NCBI GenBank assembly: GCA_977017575.1
Contig: CDRNVI010000021.1
Location: 186,001 to 250,000 of the forward strand
Length of the DNA stretch: 64,000 nucleotides
Source of the DNA: Paramoeba atlantica
Taxonomy: Eukaryota > Protista > Discosea
Direction of reading: 5' to 3'
A program made the position numbers and the translations under genes. Positions 1-13,322 of the stretch are shown piece by piece. Under the pieces are notes generated by a model. The model was not told the origin of the DNA, did not search any database, and saw only the letters and a program-made list of their open reading frames with translations. Numbering within the stretch: position 1 is the stretch's first letter; every line of letters begins with the position of its first letter.

Positions 1-604
1 TTTCAAACTCCGTTTCACGGTGTTTAGACTACATGGATAAAGTACTTTATCCACTCTCTTATGTACCCATTTAAACCCCGGACACCCGAATTGTGTGTCT
101 CGCTCAGCATCAACAATAGCACAGAGCATGGCTCGGAACTCCTCCGTATCAACGCCGTTATCGCGCGAGTAGGGTGCACGTGCCACGTCACCTGACTCAT
201 CGAAACGCGCTTTGTACCGAGAGACAGAGCTCTCTGAACAGTTCATCATACGTGCCGTATCCGGAATAGATGTCCCACGGTGTCTTTCGTGTGCGCAGAC
301 AATGCGCACAGGATATGAACACTGTTCTGGTGATAGCTGGCGACGGTTTAGTCTATTCCGTTTGCCCATAGTAAGGTAAAAAGAAGAAAAAATAGCCTTT
401 TTTACGTTTTTCGATACTTTTTGCAAAATATTTTGCCCAAAATTTCAATATTTTGTAAATATTTTTTTTTTGATTAGCAGAAACGGGCTCCAAATAGCGT
501 AGACACGATATTCAGAACGAGATCTCTCGTTTGCAACAAAAATCAGCTCAAACGGCCTCAGGACGCTAAAATGCGGACCTTGTCAGTTTTCGTGGCCCCC
601 CCTG
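1..604 (-). mobile_element. IS630-Tc1-mariner element, 5' end, with transposase N-terminus running off the window edge (ATG at 369)
   Basis: Minus frame from 369 reads MGKRNRLNRRQLSPEQ...ARMMNCSESSVSRY...GCPGFKWVHKRV...CSLNTVKRSLK with no stop. It is HTH-like and colinear with the transposase at 44039-44581 (GCPSFAAIHERI...SISSVKRAL). Terminus CAGGGGGGGCC at 604 is followed by TA. Confidence 0.8.
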
Positions 605-1396
605 TATACATGTATGCATTAACGTATTTTGGTTGTGGATGCACAATTTGTTATTCCATAATCTCTTCACCATACAGTGTAAGTGATACCAATATACACA
701 AATAAAATTTTATATACTGTCACCCCCCCCCCGTTTATACTTCCGTTTTCGTCCAGACGAAAAATCAGCACCCCCCCTTTAAACCCCTCGACAAGAATAA
801 GGCACTCCCCTTGTTTTTCGCGTGCAGGGACTCATGGGGGTTGCAGCACCACTTCTTCGTTCAAAATTTTGAGATCTGTGCGTTCCTGGGGTTTTTAGCC
901 TGTTTTAAAAATTCGAAAAAAATAGTTTGAGAATATAATTTTTGAGAATAGCTTTTGTAAAAATCCAAGTACCGTCCACCAAGGGGAGGATGATACCGTG
1001 GGGAAAATATTATTGTGCCAAATCTTCGAGGACGGTATCCCGAACAAGCAAATGGCATATCTGCTGGAGGCTTCAAGTTTTTTGACACCACACGCTGCAG
1101 CATCAGTGAGCATGAACATACGAAACCCTTTGAAAAATAAAGTAAACTACGCTATACATCGTATGTGTTGTGATGAGTACGCTGCAATAAGGTAAACAAT
1201 GTTTTATGCAAACAGGAACAATAGATTCGAAAAAAGTTTCATAAGTATGTGAGGAGTGATTTTCTCGAGCACAAAAAACATAGGATAATACGAGACAACA
1301 ACACAAGAACAGCGAATTACTAGAAGCCCACATAGCAGTAGGTAGCAAATACAAGCAAAATGTATGTAAAACAAGCAAAAATTGAAAAACAAAATA

Positions 1397-2781
1397 TTAT
1401 TCGTCAACAGAAATTCCCTCTACATGCATCTCCTGGAACACGCGGGACACAAGTTCTTTCTCGCGTTGCGCTTCCACAGTTGTTGCAGGAACAACGAGGG
1501 TGTTTGCGCGAAGGCTTTGCACACCTCGGACTGGGACAGTGTTAACGTTCCTTTGTAAAGCAGGAAGGAACAGACGCTCAAAGGCTTCAGAGTAAGCGTC
1601 TTCAGCGCGAAACGCACGTAGTGCATGAACTACGAAACGCGTAATCTTTTTCCGTGTTGGTCGACGGAGCTCACTCTGCAGTCCACGCCACGCCGAAAAT
1701 TTCTCGCGATAGTGATGCTTGAACTGTCGGTTGACCGACACATCCACAAGCTGAACAAGGGAAGTGCAGTCGGCAGGAACAAACAGACAGTCCACTTCAC
1801 GTCCGCGAAGGAAAGAGAGAACTTCCTCGAAACGATGCGGTGCGTAGAGATCGACTACGAGCAGCGTCTTCCGTGACGGATACCGTATCCACCAACAAAA
1901 CAACACGTATCATACGTGTACGTGTTGTGGTCCAAAAAAACCTCCTTCAACCAAGCCAGAAAAGAATCGCCTGTAGCCCAGCCAGACACTGTGGTAGTAG
2001 CAGTGCAACTGTACTTGTCAGCTGCACCGCGGACTTCCCGAAATATGGGCCCTGAATCGGACTGCGCCTGCCAGAGGAGATGCGGGGGAAGAAGTTGGTG
2101 GGTCCAGAGACCTTCGCCGTTTCAGACAGAGCGTGCGGCAAGAAAGGCAGTCGTCATTTGGCGCTCAGTGCCCAACGTACGTACACGCACCCGCGACGTT
2201 CCTCGAATCTCAAGAGTTGTGTTCACAGCAGGTTCACGCACGACTCCGGTCTCATCACCAGTGAGGGTGACAGTGTAACCGTTGCGAGAGGCACTCATCA
2301 GAGTCATCAACTCGAAAAAGTCTCGGATTCGTTCGTCAGCGTCCGTCGGAATGAGTTGCGTGCAACCGTTCACACGGCGGTGGGTTACATTAGCAAACCG
2401 ACAGAAGCGCTGCCAGAATTTCTCCTTACCATTTTCTGTAAGCTGATTGAAGTGATCGAATGTTCCAAAAAAATGAAACATCATCTGCTTCGTGACTCCA
2501 ACAAGTGCCTCACGCATAGCCGTCATCGTGCGAGCACCTGCCATGTAGAAGTCTCGGTTCTCACGTGGGGGATGGTACTGGTACGCTCGACCGTAACCGA
2601 GCTTCACCAACTCCAGCAGTTCCTTCTTTTTTTCTGCAATTTTATAAACTGTAGAAAGACTCACGCCGTACTCGCGAGCCACTACAGATTCGGGCTTCAT
2701 CGCTCCTATCGAAGAACAAATGTCCAGTTTTTGCTGAATGGTGAGCTCCACCCGAGTTTTACGGCGACGCTCTTTGCGCAT
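1397..2781 (-). pseudogene. pogo/Tigger (CENP-B-like HTH + DDE_1) transposase, frameshifted
   Basis: 2122-2781 gives RVELTIQQKLDIC...VAREYGVSLSTVYKI (HTH_psq-like). 1397-1906 gives LLVVDLYAPH...VPADCTSLVQLVDVSVNRQFKHHYR (DDE_1). 5' TIR TAACTAAGGGGGGGTAACGG-TA ends at 3149. Confidence 0.85.
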
Positions 2782-3151
2782 GAGCTTCTGTCAAGAGCTG
2801 CGCATTCGGAATTACGGTAGTGACCGCGGTTGCATGGGGAATAACAACAACTGGCTCTTGCGGAAGATGAGCATTACGAACCTGCTCGGCATTGAAAATT
2901 AATCGATTTAATGCCGGCATGTGGAAAAGCGAAAGAAGAGAGTACAAAAGAAGAAAATTTTGGCACAAAAAAACTAGTTAAAAGTAGCACGAAAACGAAA
3001 TTCGTTTTTTCTTCCATATTTTCGAACTCTTTTTCCGTGAACACAAAAAAATTGGATAAGTCAGTGACCTATCCAAGTACGCTACTTGTCCGAAAAATCG
3101 GATTTTTTTAGATAAGTAGCGTACTTGGATAACTAAGGGGGGGTAACGGTA

Positions 3152-3616
3152 GCCCCCTTGTGGAATCTATGCCGTTTCCCGTGCTTTTACGCACATCACC
3201 TTTTAGATAAAAATTACGTTTTTTCGTGGTGCAAAATTTGTATTTTTTCTCATTTTCTTACTTTTTTGCCTGTTTTTTCCCTTTGGAGCATTCATGCCAC
3301 AAAGACTGGTGCACTCACATTCTTCTCGAAGGAAATTTTCGGAGAGCCGTTTCTCACCCTCAGATAAAACAAAACTAACGCATAGAATGTTTTTTCGTTC
3401 AAGATTAGTCATTTCGCCTTTTTGCAGTTTTCTAGAAAAATTTGTAATTGATGTTTTTGAGCCACCTGTCATTTTACAAAAATGTTATCTATGCGGGAAA
3501 CGACATAGATTCCACAAGAGGGCTATTCGAGAGCTCTCGAATGCGCTATTATTTTTCAAAATTGACCGCTTTTTACAAATTTTACCCCCCCCCCCAGATT
3601 TAGCTGATCCCCCATG
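3152..3616. mobile_element. Relic of the Tc1-type TIR family carrying the TTCGAGAGCTCTCGAA palindrome
   Basis: Matches ends at 13663-13775, 44820-44862, 55563-55690 and 56560-56678; ends GCTGATCCCCCATG-TA. Confidence 0.55.
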
Positions 3617-3915
3617 TACATGCGAAGATATCCGAAAGCGAAAAGACACCAAATAGACAACAAGTTGACAGAGAAGAAAAAAATTTATGTCGAACAAAAA
3701 ATATAGACGAATCATTGTTACTAAAGATATTGATGGAAACTGCAGCGTTAGATACATGGCAGGAAGATGAGCCAAAAACAGGCGCATTTCCCCCTGGTTA
3801 ACCTTTTCGAACGAGTATTGCGGGTGCGTTTCTTCATTTTTATTTCTGCAAAAAAAGTACTCCTCCTCTCATTAATTTTTATAAATATAAATTATAACAA
3901 AAAAGAAAATTTATA

Positions 3916-4008
3916 CTGTCCCCCCTCCCCTTAAGCGCACCCGGTCAGACCCCCCCGTTTAAGCGCACTTTTCACGGAAAACGAGGTGCGCTTAAACGGG
4001 GGAGACAG
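3916..4008. mobile_element. Mini-MITE (TA-CTGTCCCCC...GGGGGAGACAG-TA)
   Basis: Short TIRs with TA flanks on both sides. Confidence 0.6.
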
Positions 4009-4020
4009 TATTTATAATTA

Positions 4021-5008
4021 CTGTCACCCCCCCCCCCCTTTGTACTTCAGGGGGGTCAACCCCCCCCCCCCTTTATACTTCCGTTTTCATCCAGATAAAA
4101 AATCAGCACTCCCCCTTTATACTTCCGGTCCCAAAAAGAATGCACCGCGAAGCGGCGCATTTTTTTTTAATAACAATTTTCTATATTGTTTTTAATAAAC
4201 GTTAGAGATGTGTGTAGAGATATTGCTAGATATACATTTAAATTATTTGCCGTATTTTTTCCCATGTCAATACTCACAGTGGGTTAAGCTTTCATCGCGT
4301 TCGGGCCCCCGACGAAATAATTGTTTCAAGCGCGGAGCCTGCGACATTGCCAGTGTCCGTCGGTTTACCCCAGGGAGGAAAGAGCCCAACAATGTAGGAG
4401 AAGTTGAATGTGTGTCATTCGAGTACAGTGCTCCACAAATCAGCGAGAAGTACGGCGTCTGATCTCGAACCATCCGCTCCATCCGGAAAAATGGTGTCGG
4501 ATTTTTCCAGAAGAAAGTAAATCTATCGTAGTCGCAAGCGCGATGGGGTTTGCCCAAGGACAAACATGTCCAGATGCGAAAAAATTGACGAACTCCTCCT
4601 TAGCGAACTGGGCGGGATGACAGCCAGCGCGGACATGCGCCTGCTGCAGCAAAGGCGAATGTACCTCGTTTCAAGGACTGTCCCATGAAGCTTCTAATGG
4701 TGGATCGTCCCGACACGTATTCACTACAGCGTAATATACAGCGTATGTTGATTATGTGCAAGAGGAACACGGAAGCAAACATTATGCCCTGCATGTTTGG
4801 AGATTAGATGATTGATTTTTAGCTAGAATAATAGGAAACCAGCGCCGCGAAGTGGCGCGCTTTTTTTTTTGCCCCTTTTTCAAAAATATTTGTTTCGCGG
4901 ATTTTTTAAAAAATCAGACGCCCCCCTTTATACTTCCGAAAGTCAGACCCCCCCCTTTATACTTCCAAAAGTACCGAAACCGGCGGAAGTATAAAGGGGG
5001 GGTGACAG
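4021..5008. mobile_element. Non-autonomous TIR element (CTGTCACCCCC family) with unique internal sequence
   Basis: TA-CTGTCACCCCC...GGGGGGGTGACAG-TA; subterminal CCCCCTTTATACTTCC repeats; GC hairpins at 4142 and 4842. Related ends at 717, 51055 and 56790. Confidence 0.75.
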
Positions 5009-6350
5009 TATAATTATAAAAATCAGTGAGAATGCTTTCCAAAGATACCGGAGACCCGTCAGTAAACGACCTCCGGTAAGAGAGATTGGCTCGGGAGGCT
5101 GGCTGGTTGGCGGGGCTGAGCGGGCGGGGGTTGTTGGACGAGTAAGGGTGGGTGAGCGAGGTGAAGGTTATTGGGAGGGCTGTGATGGCTGTGGTACGAA
5201 GTTGTCTGGACAGAAAATCAATGCGCGCATGAGTAAAAGAGGTCTTAAACAGAGTGGGAAACCGAGTTCAACTCGCTTTCGAAGACGTGTGTGCGATAAA
5301 TGTGATATAACGACTACTTGTAGAAGGGGGAGGAGCATTTAATCAAAACAACCCAGGCTAAAGTGGACGACGGAGATACTCGTCCTTGCGCCCTCTCCTT
5401 CCTCTAAGGTCTTGAGCGTCATACACGACCAGGTAAAAATTGGCCTTTGCACGTGCATTACCAGAACAGGTTGAAGAAGTATCTAACGAAACCAAAGCGC
5501 ATACAGGTACATCAGGGGCCAAACTGTCCAAATACGCTCGAGGAGTTAATTTGGGATCCTTTTATTTTCACCCACGAATTTTCAGGTTTTCATTTCGAAA
5601 ACTCACCTGACACGAAATCAGGCCACAAATCGGGCACGACGAATTAACCTACGGTACCGAGGGAATAGTGCCTCCCTCAATATTTTTAAGCATGTCGTGA
5701 AAGTTTTGTGCGAACAGAATCAAATTTATTAATTTCACAATTTTTATAATTTTTTTTTCGAAAATTCTGTCACGCCATTTATAAAAATCAATGAGAGACA
5801 GAGTATATCTTTTAAGAAGAAAATTATGACCTAGGAGGTGCACACAGGGGGTCTAGGGGTCTATACAGACGAAACAAATACGAGAAATGATTTTTTGATT
5901 CCAGTTCTGTCGAATGCCGAAGGAATTAGATCAAAAGCTCTTACGCTACACTCTGTGGCCTGATTAGATTATTGTGACCTGGACTATATAAGCAAAAAAG
6001 CATAGGAGTAAAAATGTAAAAAAATGGTAATCGCCCATTCATATTTTACCTTACTCACCCCACGATAAGTTTACAAGGTACGCAAAGTCTATTTACTGAG
6101 ATCTTCAAAATGACACAAGAATTAGCTCAAACGGACTTACCATAATGATTTTAGAGGGGGGTGTCTTATCGTGTCGAGGGGTTTATTATAAACCCTGGAT
6201 GTGGTAATGAGGTAATTACCTCCCATTACTTCCTATTACCACCCAATATGTTGTTTACCTTTGCTTGTTTTCTGAAACGATATTTTGGGAACAAAGTACT
6301 GTAAGGCGGTTGGTTGAATAAATTGTAGCGTCTGATTTTCCCTACACTAC

Positions 6351-6377
6351 TAAAGATACAGTTTCTGTACCTTGTTG
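6351..6377 (+). ncRNA. 5'-truncated SL exon-like sequence followed by GTAC (SL-RNA pseudogene or truncated SL-headed retrocopy)
   Basis: TAAAGATACAGTTTCTGTACCTTGTTG is identical to the last 27 nt of the five SL copies in 29869-41702. It is followed by a GT dinucleotide and a perfect 15-bp hairpin (6411-6454). Confidence 0.55.
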
Positions 6378-6669
6378 GTACATTTTCCCTTTAGTTCATC
6401 TTTTCTTTCCCCGGCAACGGGCATAATCTTACTGTTTTATATGCCCGTTGCCGGCCGGCACTAAGGCCGAAACTGTCCCTCTTTCTCGGCGAAGTAGGGG
6501 ACGCGCTTCCACCCCATCACCCCTCCCCGGCTCACTCCTTGAGTGGGTTTTCTTCCCTCCCCGGCTTTCTTCCCTTCGCGCCCTTTTCTTCCCGGGGAGC
6601 CATGCGCCATGGTGGCCTCCCTTGAGGACCACTGGGCGTGGCTCTGCCTCGCATTATCGCGAGGCAGCG

Positions 6670-6812
6670 GTCGGTTGCAGTGCGCCCCTCCGGCTGCGTA
6701 AAGAGGTGGTGAGTTGCCTGGACCACCTCTACCGACTGGGACCGAGTCGGTTGCAGTGCGCCCCTCCGGCTGCGTAAAGAGAGGGCGAGTTGCCTGGACC
6801 CCCTCTACCGAC
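6670..6812. repeat. Two tandem ~67-nt structured units, 76-bp period
   Basis: GTCGGT...ACCGAC closes the stems GCAG/CTGC and AGAGGTGGT/ACCACCTCT in each unit. Confidence 0.8.
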
Positions 6813-7439
6813 AGAGTCCGAGCTAAACCCCCTTGGTGCGACATCCGTCAATACGGATTGTGCCGATGATATCGGCTGTCGCATCCAGGGCTGTATCTCT
6901 GCGCCAACGAGCGCATGAACATCAAAATAATGTCGAATAACGACGAAGTATATCAACTTCTTATTCTTAACTTGCAAAATGAGAGGTAGAGGGCCTACGG
7001 GAGGATTTCGCATTCCTCCTCCTCCCATTTCTCTTCCACAGGGGTTTCCTCTGCCAGAGAGTATTTGTAAGAAGTCCAATGTCGAAAAAGACTCTTCCCG
7101 ACAAATTAATCACGCGTCTTCTCCCCCTGCTCCAACTTCTCCACTTTCTCCACCTCGACACTCTTCCCGGTCAATCCGTAAGGTACATGATGTTACAATT
7201 ACCACCTCTTCATCGGAAGTATTTTTTTCTCAAGAGGTTCACTCTTCAACGCACGATTAATTTCTTTATAACTCCCAAGATAAGACACTAAGAACACGGA
7301 AGAGGGCGAGCAACCGCATGGACAGTGCTATCTGCGATGCTGTTGCAGAGCGTGTGGCGGAAGGACCGCGGCAGCTACAGTTGTAAGTCTATCCACCCTT
7401 CGGGAAGCCATCACGTTGGGTGAAAAAAACAAGAAAAGT

Positions 7440-8420
7440 AAGCCTTCCGGAAACGTGGATGATCCACTGAAGTATGGGGATCTATCCAAATACTTTTATT
7501 ATGAGTCGTGCGATTTTAAGCATACGGATAACGCTTCCTCGAAATGGACCATCGTCAGGCCTCGGGCTCCTTTCTAAAAGATGACGCTCATCAGCGGCGA
7601 CATGTAGTTTGTCGATGCTGTTCCATGATTTTTCACAGCCGATGTAAATAAACATACTATGCACACAAAAACGACTTTTGCAAATCGGTGCGAGAGAACA
7701 AAAGCATAGTGAGGGCAAGTCGTCTCGTGATTTCGATGCGACATCATTCATTGAAAGGTCACTACCGTGTCTCGGTGCGAAAACGAATTTATCAACTGAA
7801 GGGTTGCTGAAATTTGTCTCTACGTGTATGAAGAAATGCGACCGCACAAAGAACCACAAATCATACTGCGCCGTCTTCCATGTGCCAAAACATCGTAACG
7901 AGAAAACCTTGGCAACCGAAATTTGGGAGAATTTATAAGACCGTATCGGAGGCTACGTTTTTCGGAATAGCAATAGAATTCATAATGTCAAGCATCAAAA
8001 CGTTTTAATTAGTGTTTTGTACGCAGGCAGTGAGTCTTTTGTCCTCCCACCTATCTACCATAAACGTTACAGGGCGTTTAACGGCAATGAAATGTCAAAA
8101 TCAATACTCAGTATGCTTCGGAGTGGTCTCGGAGACTCGATACAAAAATTACGATACCTAATGGTCGATGGTTGCGGTGTAAACCACGTTGTACGGGTTG
8201 CTACAGAGCGTGAATTGAAAGATCTTTACGATCGTATTTCACCTGTGGGGGCGGAAGACACAAATAATATGTATAAATAAATAATAGTATGTGCAATGGC
8301 ATACGCATGATGATTCCTTGTGTTAGGGAACTGTCGTGCTTTGGGCACATATTGAATCTCGTCGCGCGGGACACTTTCAATCGATGGCAGTTATGCGCCT
8401 CCGAAACACTTTTACGCATG
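7440..8420 (+). pseudogene. hAT transposase relic, N-terminal half
   Basis: BED-like HVVCRCCSMIFH near 7590, YLMVDGCGVN (8017-8280) and CxxH motif SCFGHILNL near 8330. Interrupted at the TA at 8421. Confidence 0.7.
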
Positions 8421-8422
8421 TA

Positions 8423-9365
8423 AACCCCTCCGCATCAAAAAGGCACCCACCCTTATTTTTTGTACGAGGGGGGCTAGGGGGGTTATCGCACCACTTTATC
8501 GTGCAAAATTTTGAGATCTGTACGTTCCCGTTGTCTTTAGGTCATTTCGAAAACTAAAAAAGAGTTGGATGTTTTTTTTTGAAAAACGCACTTTTCATAC
8601 CAAGAAATGCGTATCGACTCCCCAGGGGTGGTCTTACAGAAAGTGGAAAAGTGTTATTGCGCATGAGGCTTGGCCAAAGGGTTGCGATAAGGCAACTAGC
8701 CCGCGAGTTTAATTACCCGCGAATATAATGTGAAACATATTCGAAAATGTTTGAAAAACAATTCGCCTGAAAATTTACACTCTGAGCCCTGAAGTAAAAA
8801 AAAGGAATCCAAGGACACCTTGTTATTCTCCCATCCATCTCAATTACATGTGTTTCGTACATTAAAACATTAAAAAAAGTACCATTCACCCCAAACTGTA
8901 TTTTTCAGCAAGATGGGGCAACACCTCACATTGCGAAGGAAACAAAAGTGTACCTTGAGGACGGCAACATGAAATTATTGAAAAATTGGCCGCCCAACTC
9001 CCCCGATCTCTCACCAATAGAAAACGTGTGGAGCATGGTACAAAATCTTGTAGATGAATACAATCTTGCAAATAAAGAAGATCTCATAAAAACCGTACGT
9101 AAAGCTTGGCGTAAATTGTCTCAAGATTATATTTATGATTCGGTTTTGAACTTCGATGCTTGCCTCAAAGTTTGCGTAGCGAGTAACGGAGAAATGGTGA
9201 CAAAATGGTAATCTCTCTCTAAAGTATACGTATTCGTTTCTTTTTGTCTCATTTCTTCACGCGCAAAGTTTTTACGTTGAGATCTGAAAAATACAACAAA
9301 GATTAGCCCAAACGGACATTTGTCTGAAAAGTTAAGGGTGGGTGCCTTATTGGTGCGGAGGGGTT
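8423..9365 (+). mobile_element. Internally deleted Tc1-like element with DDE C-terminus (about 8900-9211)
   Basis: 33-bp TIRs (AACCCCTCCGCAyCAAwAAGGCACCCACCCTTA) with TA flanks; FQQDGATPH...WPPNSPDLSPIENVW. Confidence 0.9.
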
Positions 9366-9856
9366 TATTTTGGTCAGGGGGCAAGCCAAGTGCAAAGAAG
9401 GGGAAATATATGGGCCGTGCTACTCCTCCTTTCATAATTCTTTATAAATATAAACTGTAAATGTTTCGGCGATTCATATTTATATTATATAAAGCTTTAT
9501 AAGTGTTTGGTACCGAGATGGATTTACTTATTAATATACATTATGATCATTAGTTCTACTAGTTCTTATGCGCTTTGATGGGGTGTTTGCATAAATAGGT
9601 GACCGAATTTGATATGTAAAGTCACACACATTTGACCACATTGATGAATTTGATAAAAAAAGAGGACCGAAACGAAGAACCGATAAAGAAGTTTCTAAAA
9701 CTATTAGACTGCTTGATGTCTAAAAAAGAAAATTCAAAATATGCATTTGATACGCGAATCAGAATGAGAAATACGCGGCGCGCAGCGCCGCGAGCTCCGT
9801 TTTTTAACCTGCTCTTTTGGCGTTTTTCAGGCGTGTCAAAGTTTTATATGAATTTA

Positions 9857-10237
9857 ACCCGGGGAACGGTATATTATTTAAATCGCTATTTGAAGAATAT
9901 AGTGTTATTTAAATAATATAGTGTTAAAGTTCCTATTTAAATAATATAGCGTTAACGCTATAATATTTAAATCGGGGAAAAACGCAAGCAAAAATGTGGC
10001 CTTTAGAAGTAAGTACGGTAGTTTAAGGGGCTTCTAAGTTGGTATAGGGCACTTAAAAAGTTGTAAAAAATGATTTTAGCGTGCAATTCTATTACCAAAG
10101 AATTCTAGGTATTTCCAAAAAAATTTCTCAACAAGTAGGCCCGCCATAGTGGGAAAATGGGATGAATTTTGCTATTTAAATAATATAGTGTCATTTAAAT
10201 ATTATAGCGTTATTAAATAATATTCCGTTCCCCGGGT
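9857..10237. mobile_element. MITE (ACCCGGGGAACGG...CCGTTCCCCGGGT) with internal TATTTAAATAATATAG repeats
   Basis: TIRs with TA flanks at 9855-9856 and 10238-10239. Confidence 0.8.
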
Positions 10238-10421
10238 TATATAAAACCATGAATCATTTTGGGCTCGAACTTATAAAGAATTATGAAAGGGGGAGTATAG
10301 AGGAAATATTAGGTTCAGTAGTCGAAGAAACCCACGATGCAATCGAATTCTTTTCCCAGTGGTATCAGATATTGGGTGATGGCAATTTACCGGAAGAATC
10401 TCGTTTGTCACATGTCACATA

Positions 10422-11010
10422 CAGGGGCGGTTGTTGATCTTGCCCCCTCCTGGGAATTTTTTTTTTATCCGTTTTCGCTTATCTTTGCAGCATTGAAGAG
10501 AGTCTTCTAATTTCTTTATGCTCAAGCAATATTTCTGTAGAAACATCAATAGCTGCTTAATAGAAATTTTCAAACCTCAACAACACGCAATCAAGACCGA
10601 CTAACCCTAAAAGTGGTGAATATGTAGAAGGGTGGAAAGCTAATAGGCAAAAATACCCCCTAATATCGCACAGAAAAAAAAAGTGTTAAACTCCATTGAT
10701 TCGGTTCCCAATAGGCTTCGAAACGTACTGCAAAACAATGGAGGACCTGGATATTGATTCGTTGTGGGTTTCTTCTAGGACAAACATTTTTTTTGTTGAA
10801 GTCATTTTTTCTGAATATGATTAAAAATCCAAAATTTCCGATTTTTGTAAACTTTCGAGTCCCGACAGGGCATCAGGGGGTCTCTATGAAAAAAAGGCGG
10901 CAAAGCGCTTCGCTAGGGGAACGAGATCTCTTCAATGCTGCAAAGATGAGCGAAAACGGATAGAAAAATTTAAAATTCCCAGGAGGGGGCAAGATCAACA
11001 ACCGCCCCTG
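10422..11010. mobile_element. MITE with ~41-bp TIRs (CAGGGGCGGTTGTTGATCTTGCCCCCTCCTGGGAATTTT)
   Basis: TA-flanked; near-identical inverted copy at 42548-43053. Confidence 0.9.
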
Positions 11011-11012
11011 TA

Positions 11013-12065
11013 GCTATGTAATGCTATAGAAAAGCTAAAAGGTATTTCTGTGGAGCCTGTGACAGCTCTTCTATCGGCGTTACGGAGCACTGGATCTCTT
11101 GCAGAGAAACATCCTCAGCTACTTGAGCACGGTCCAATAGTCATGGAAGCCCTAAAACGTGCTAAGCATATGAATAGAATTCCAGCGCCGAAGCTGGGAG
11201 GACCTACGAGATGGTGTGTTGGACACTTCGACAGCTTGAACTATATCGCTGATAATTTGCCCACTATTATTCGTTTCGTGTCTGATGAAATTACTTCTGG
11301 AACGGCTTCAGAATCAGTTAAGCAATGTGCTGAAGTGATCCAGGAGGCAGACTACGATATTCTCAGAAAACAGACTTAGGATATATAATTTTATTACTTC
11401 GTCTCGATGTTGTACACAGCTCGCTCAAGCCTTTGTCAGATATGCCGAAAGAGCCCATGGCTTTGTTGCCACATCCAATTATTCAAAAATTAAAAATTGA
11501 GGGAGACAAAGAAGGCGGAAATGCGGTGTTGAAAGAGTCTCTAGAAAGGCATAAAAAAAGACTTGAGCACAAAGCATGCATATGTATGCTACATATGCAT
11601 GTATATGTATTACTGGAGGGGGGTGATGAAGTTTTCATCAATGCATGTATTTTTCAGCAGCAAAAAGCAGATGAGGATCTGGAGGTCGCGAATGATCTTT
11701 TTCGGAGCGGCGAACCTTTATTTCACATCACTGAAGAAGAGTGGAATAATTACGTAGAATACAAAAATTATGAATGGAAACCCTCTGTACACACATCTTC
11801 ATAGACGTGGTAGGAAGATGTAGGGAAAGAAAGGTTTCCTTCAATTTATCATGCTGCTAAGCTCTACTTGTGGGTACCCCCAATAGTCACTGCGTGTGGT
11901 TCTCTCCTCTCTATCATGGGGTGGAAATATAACCCCCGACAAGCTTCCTTAGATAGCAATACAGCAGCAATACAAATGTTCGTAAGAGGCAACCTGGATA
12001 ATTTCATTTTTCGTTTTTTAGATAAGGGTTCAGAGATTATTTTTACAATCGTAATGAATACATAA
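11013..12065 (+). pseudogene. hAT transposase relic, C-terminal half
   Basis: GGPTRW motif (11050-11379); dimerization-like FPSIYHAAKLYLWVPPIVTACGSLLSIMG...N.RQASL near 11830-12000. Confidence 0.75.
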
Positions 12066-13322
12066 TGTACAAAAATCTATTCTGCAGCTTAAATTTAGTT
12101 ACAGTGAAGTATTCGAATACGAGTGGATTATATTACGGTTATTTTTCATTACGGTTATTTTTAATTAAGATTATTTTTAGCCGCGAAAAAAAATACTTTT
12201 TTTCATGTCTATCACCATCGACCTCACCTTCATACGAAACAGAAACCTTTATAAAATCATCACAGACGAATCCAATGGCTTGAGCGCTTAAAAGTTACTC
12301 AAAAAGTGTGTTCAAAAAATATTAATTTACGAGTGGGTTATATTACGGTTAATTTAATTAAGATTATTTTTAGCCAAAAATAACCTTAAAAGCGTAATTA
12401 AATAATACCGTAATTAAATATAACACTGTAAATACTTTTTTGCTTTAAACCTAAGTGCGTGACAATCAATTTTATCCATGTGATTCAAAGCCTTTTATCT
12501 ATTAAAAGTTTTCCTTAAAAACTTTCTCGTATTCTTCCTGCAAATGATTTCGTATGGTTCTCCTACTGTAGGTCAACGTATTCATAGAATAAAGTATGTA
12601 ATACCTCTTTGCATGCTGGTCAGTAGTGCTGTCGTCGCCATGGTCGCTGAAAACCGTTCACACTGTGTTGCATCATATGACGCAATTTTTCGCCACGCGT
12701 ATCTAACACTTGAGGACGGTAGAAGGGCTCAAGTACACCCATATGTATATGCAGATCTATCTTATCGAGGTCTTTGTACAGCAATTCTTGAATGCCTAAA
12801 TCCTCTGCCCTGAGTTTATCCGGCTGGAGTTGATCACACCTACATAAGTAAATAAAAAATATCTTCAAGTGTCACGCTTCATGGTTGGGCTGAAAAACAT
12901 AAAAGTAGAAGTAGAGTATTTTATATTCTTTGTTGGTATTGATTTATGACAATCTTCCTTTTCGACTATTTCAAATGTTGGACCGCCATTAATGTATGAA
13001 TAATGTATGAAATGACGTTTGCATACAGTTTAGGTTGTATGCAGTGTAGGTCATAGGTTTTGCGAAAACGTACTTTAAATCAGACGCCACTCTGCCTTCT
13101 TTTGATACGCGCAAAATTTCCTAAAGTTTTGAAGGCAATACTACTTTCGAAAGGTTTTTTGAAGGCAAGTTTTGAGAGCAAAGTTTTACGAATTTTAGAC
13201 CCCCACCCTGTCGTCACCCACATTTGTATATTTCGTACCGTCCTTTTGAAATGCAAATCCGGCTGGAGTTTGGTGGCTCGGGTTGCTTTGCAGTCAAGAT
13301 GTCGGCTTTCGATAGCCTATTA

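Larger units (their letters stand above)
782..6183. mobile_element. Tc1-family TIR pair enclosing nested insertions
   Basis: TA-AACCCCTCGACA...AAGGCAC at 782 and GTGTCTTATCGTGTCGAGGGGTT-TA at 6183. The left ~150 bp resembles the left end of the element at 8423. Confidence 0.6.

Noticed and set aside
2080-2820. 246-aa plus-strand ORF
   Set aside because: Antisense shadow of the pogo transposase; the same applies to most short ORFs opposite the RT genes.
4142-4175. Bacterial rho-independent terminators (GC hairpin + T-run)
   Set aside because: Eukaryotic context; the hairpins lie in TE subterminal regions, not after genes.
12102-12428. CAGTG...CACTG MITE
   Set aside because: Only 5 bp of terminal inversion; not enough to call.
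12544-12813. 89-aa ORF as a host gene
   Set aside because: Short, non-ATG start call, no recognisable motif.
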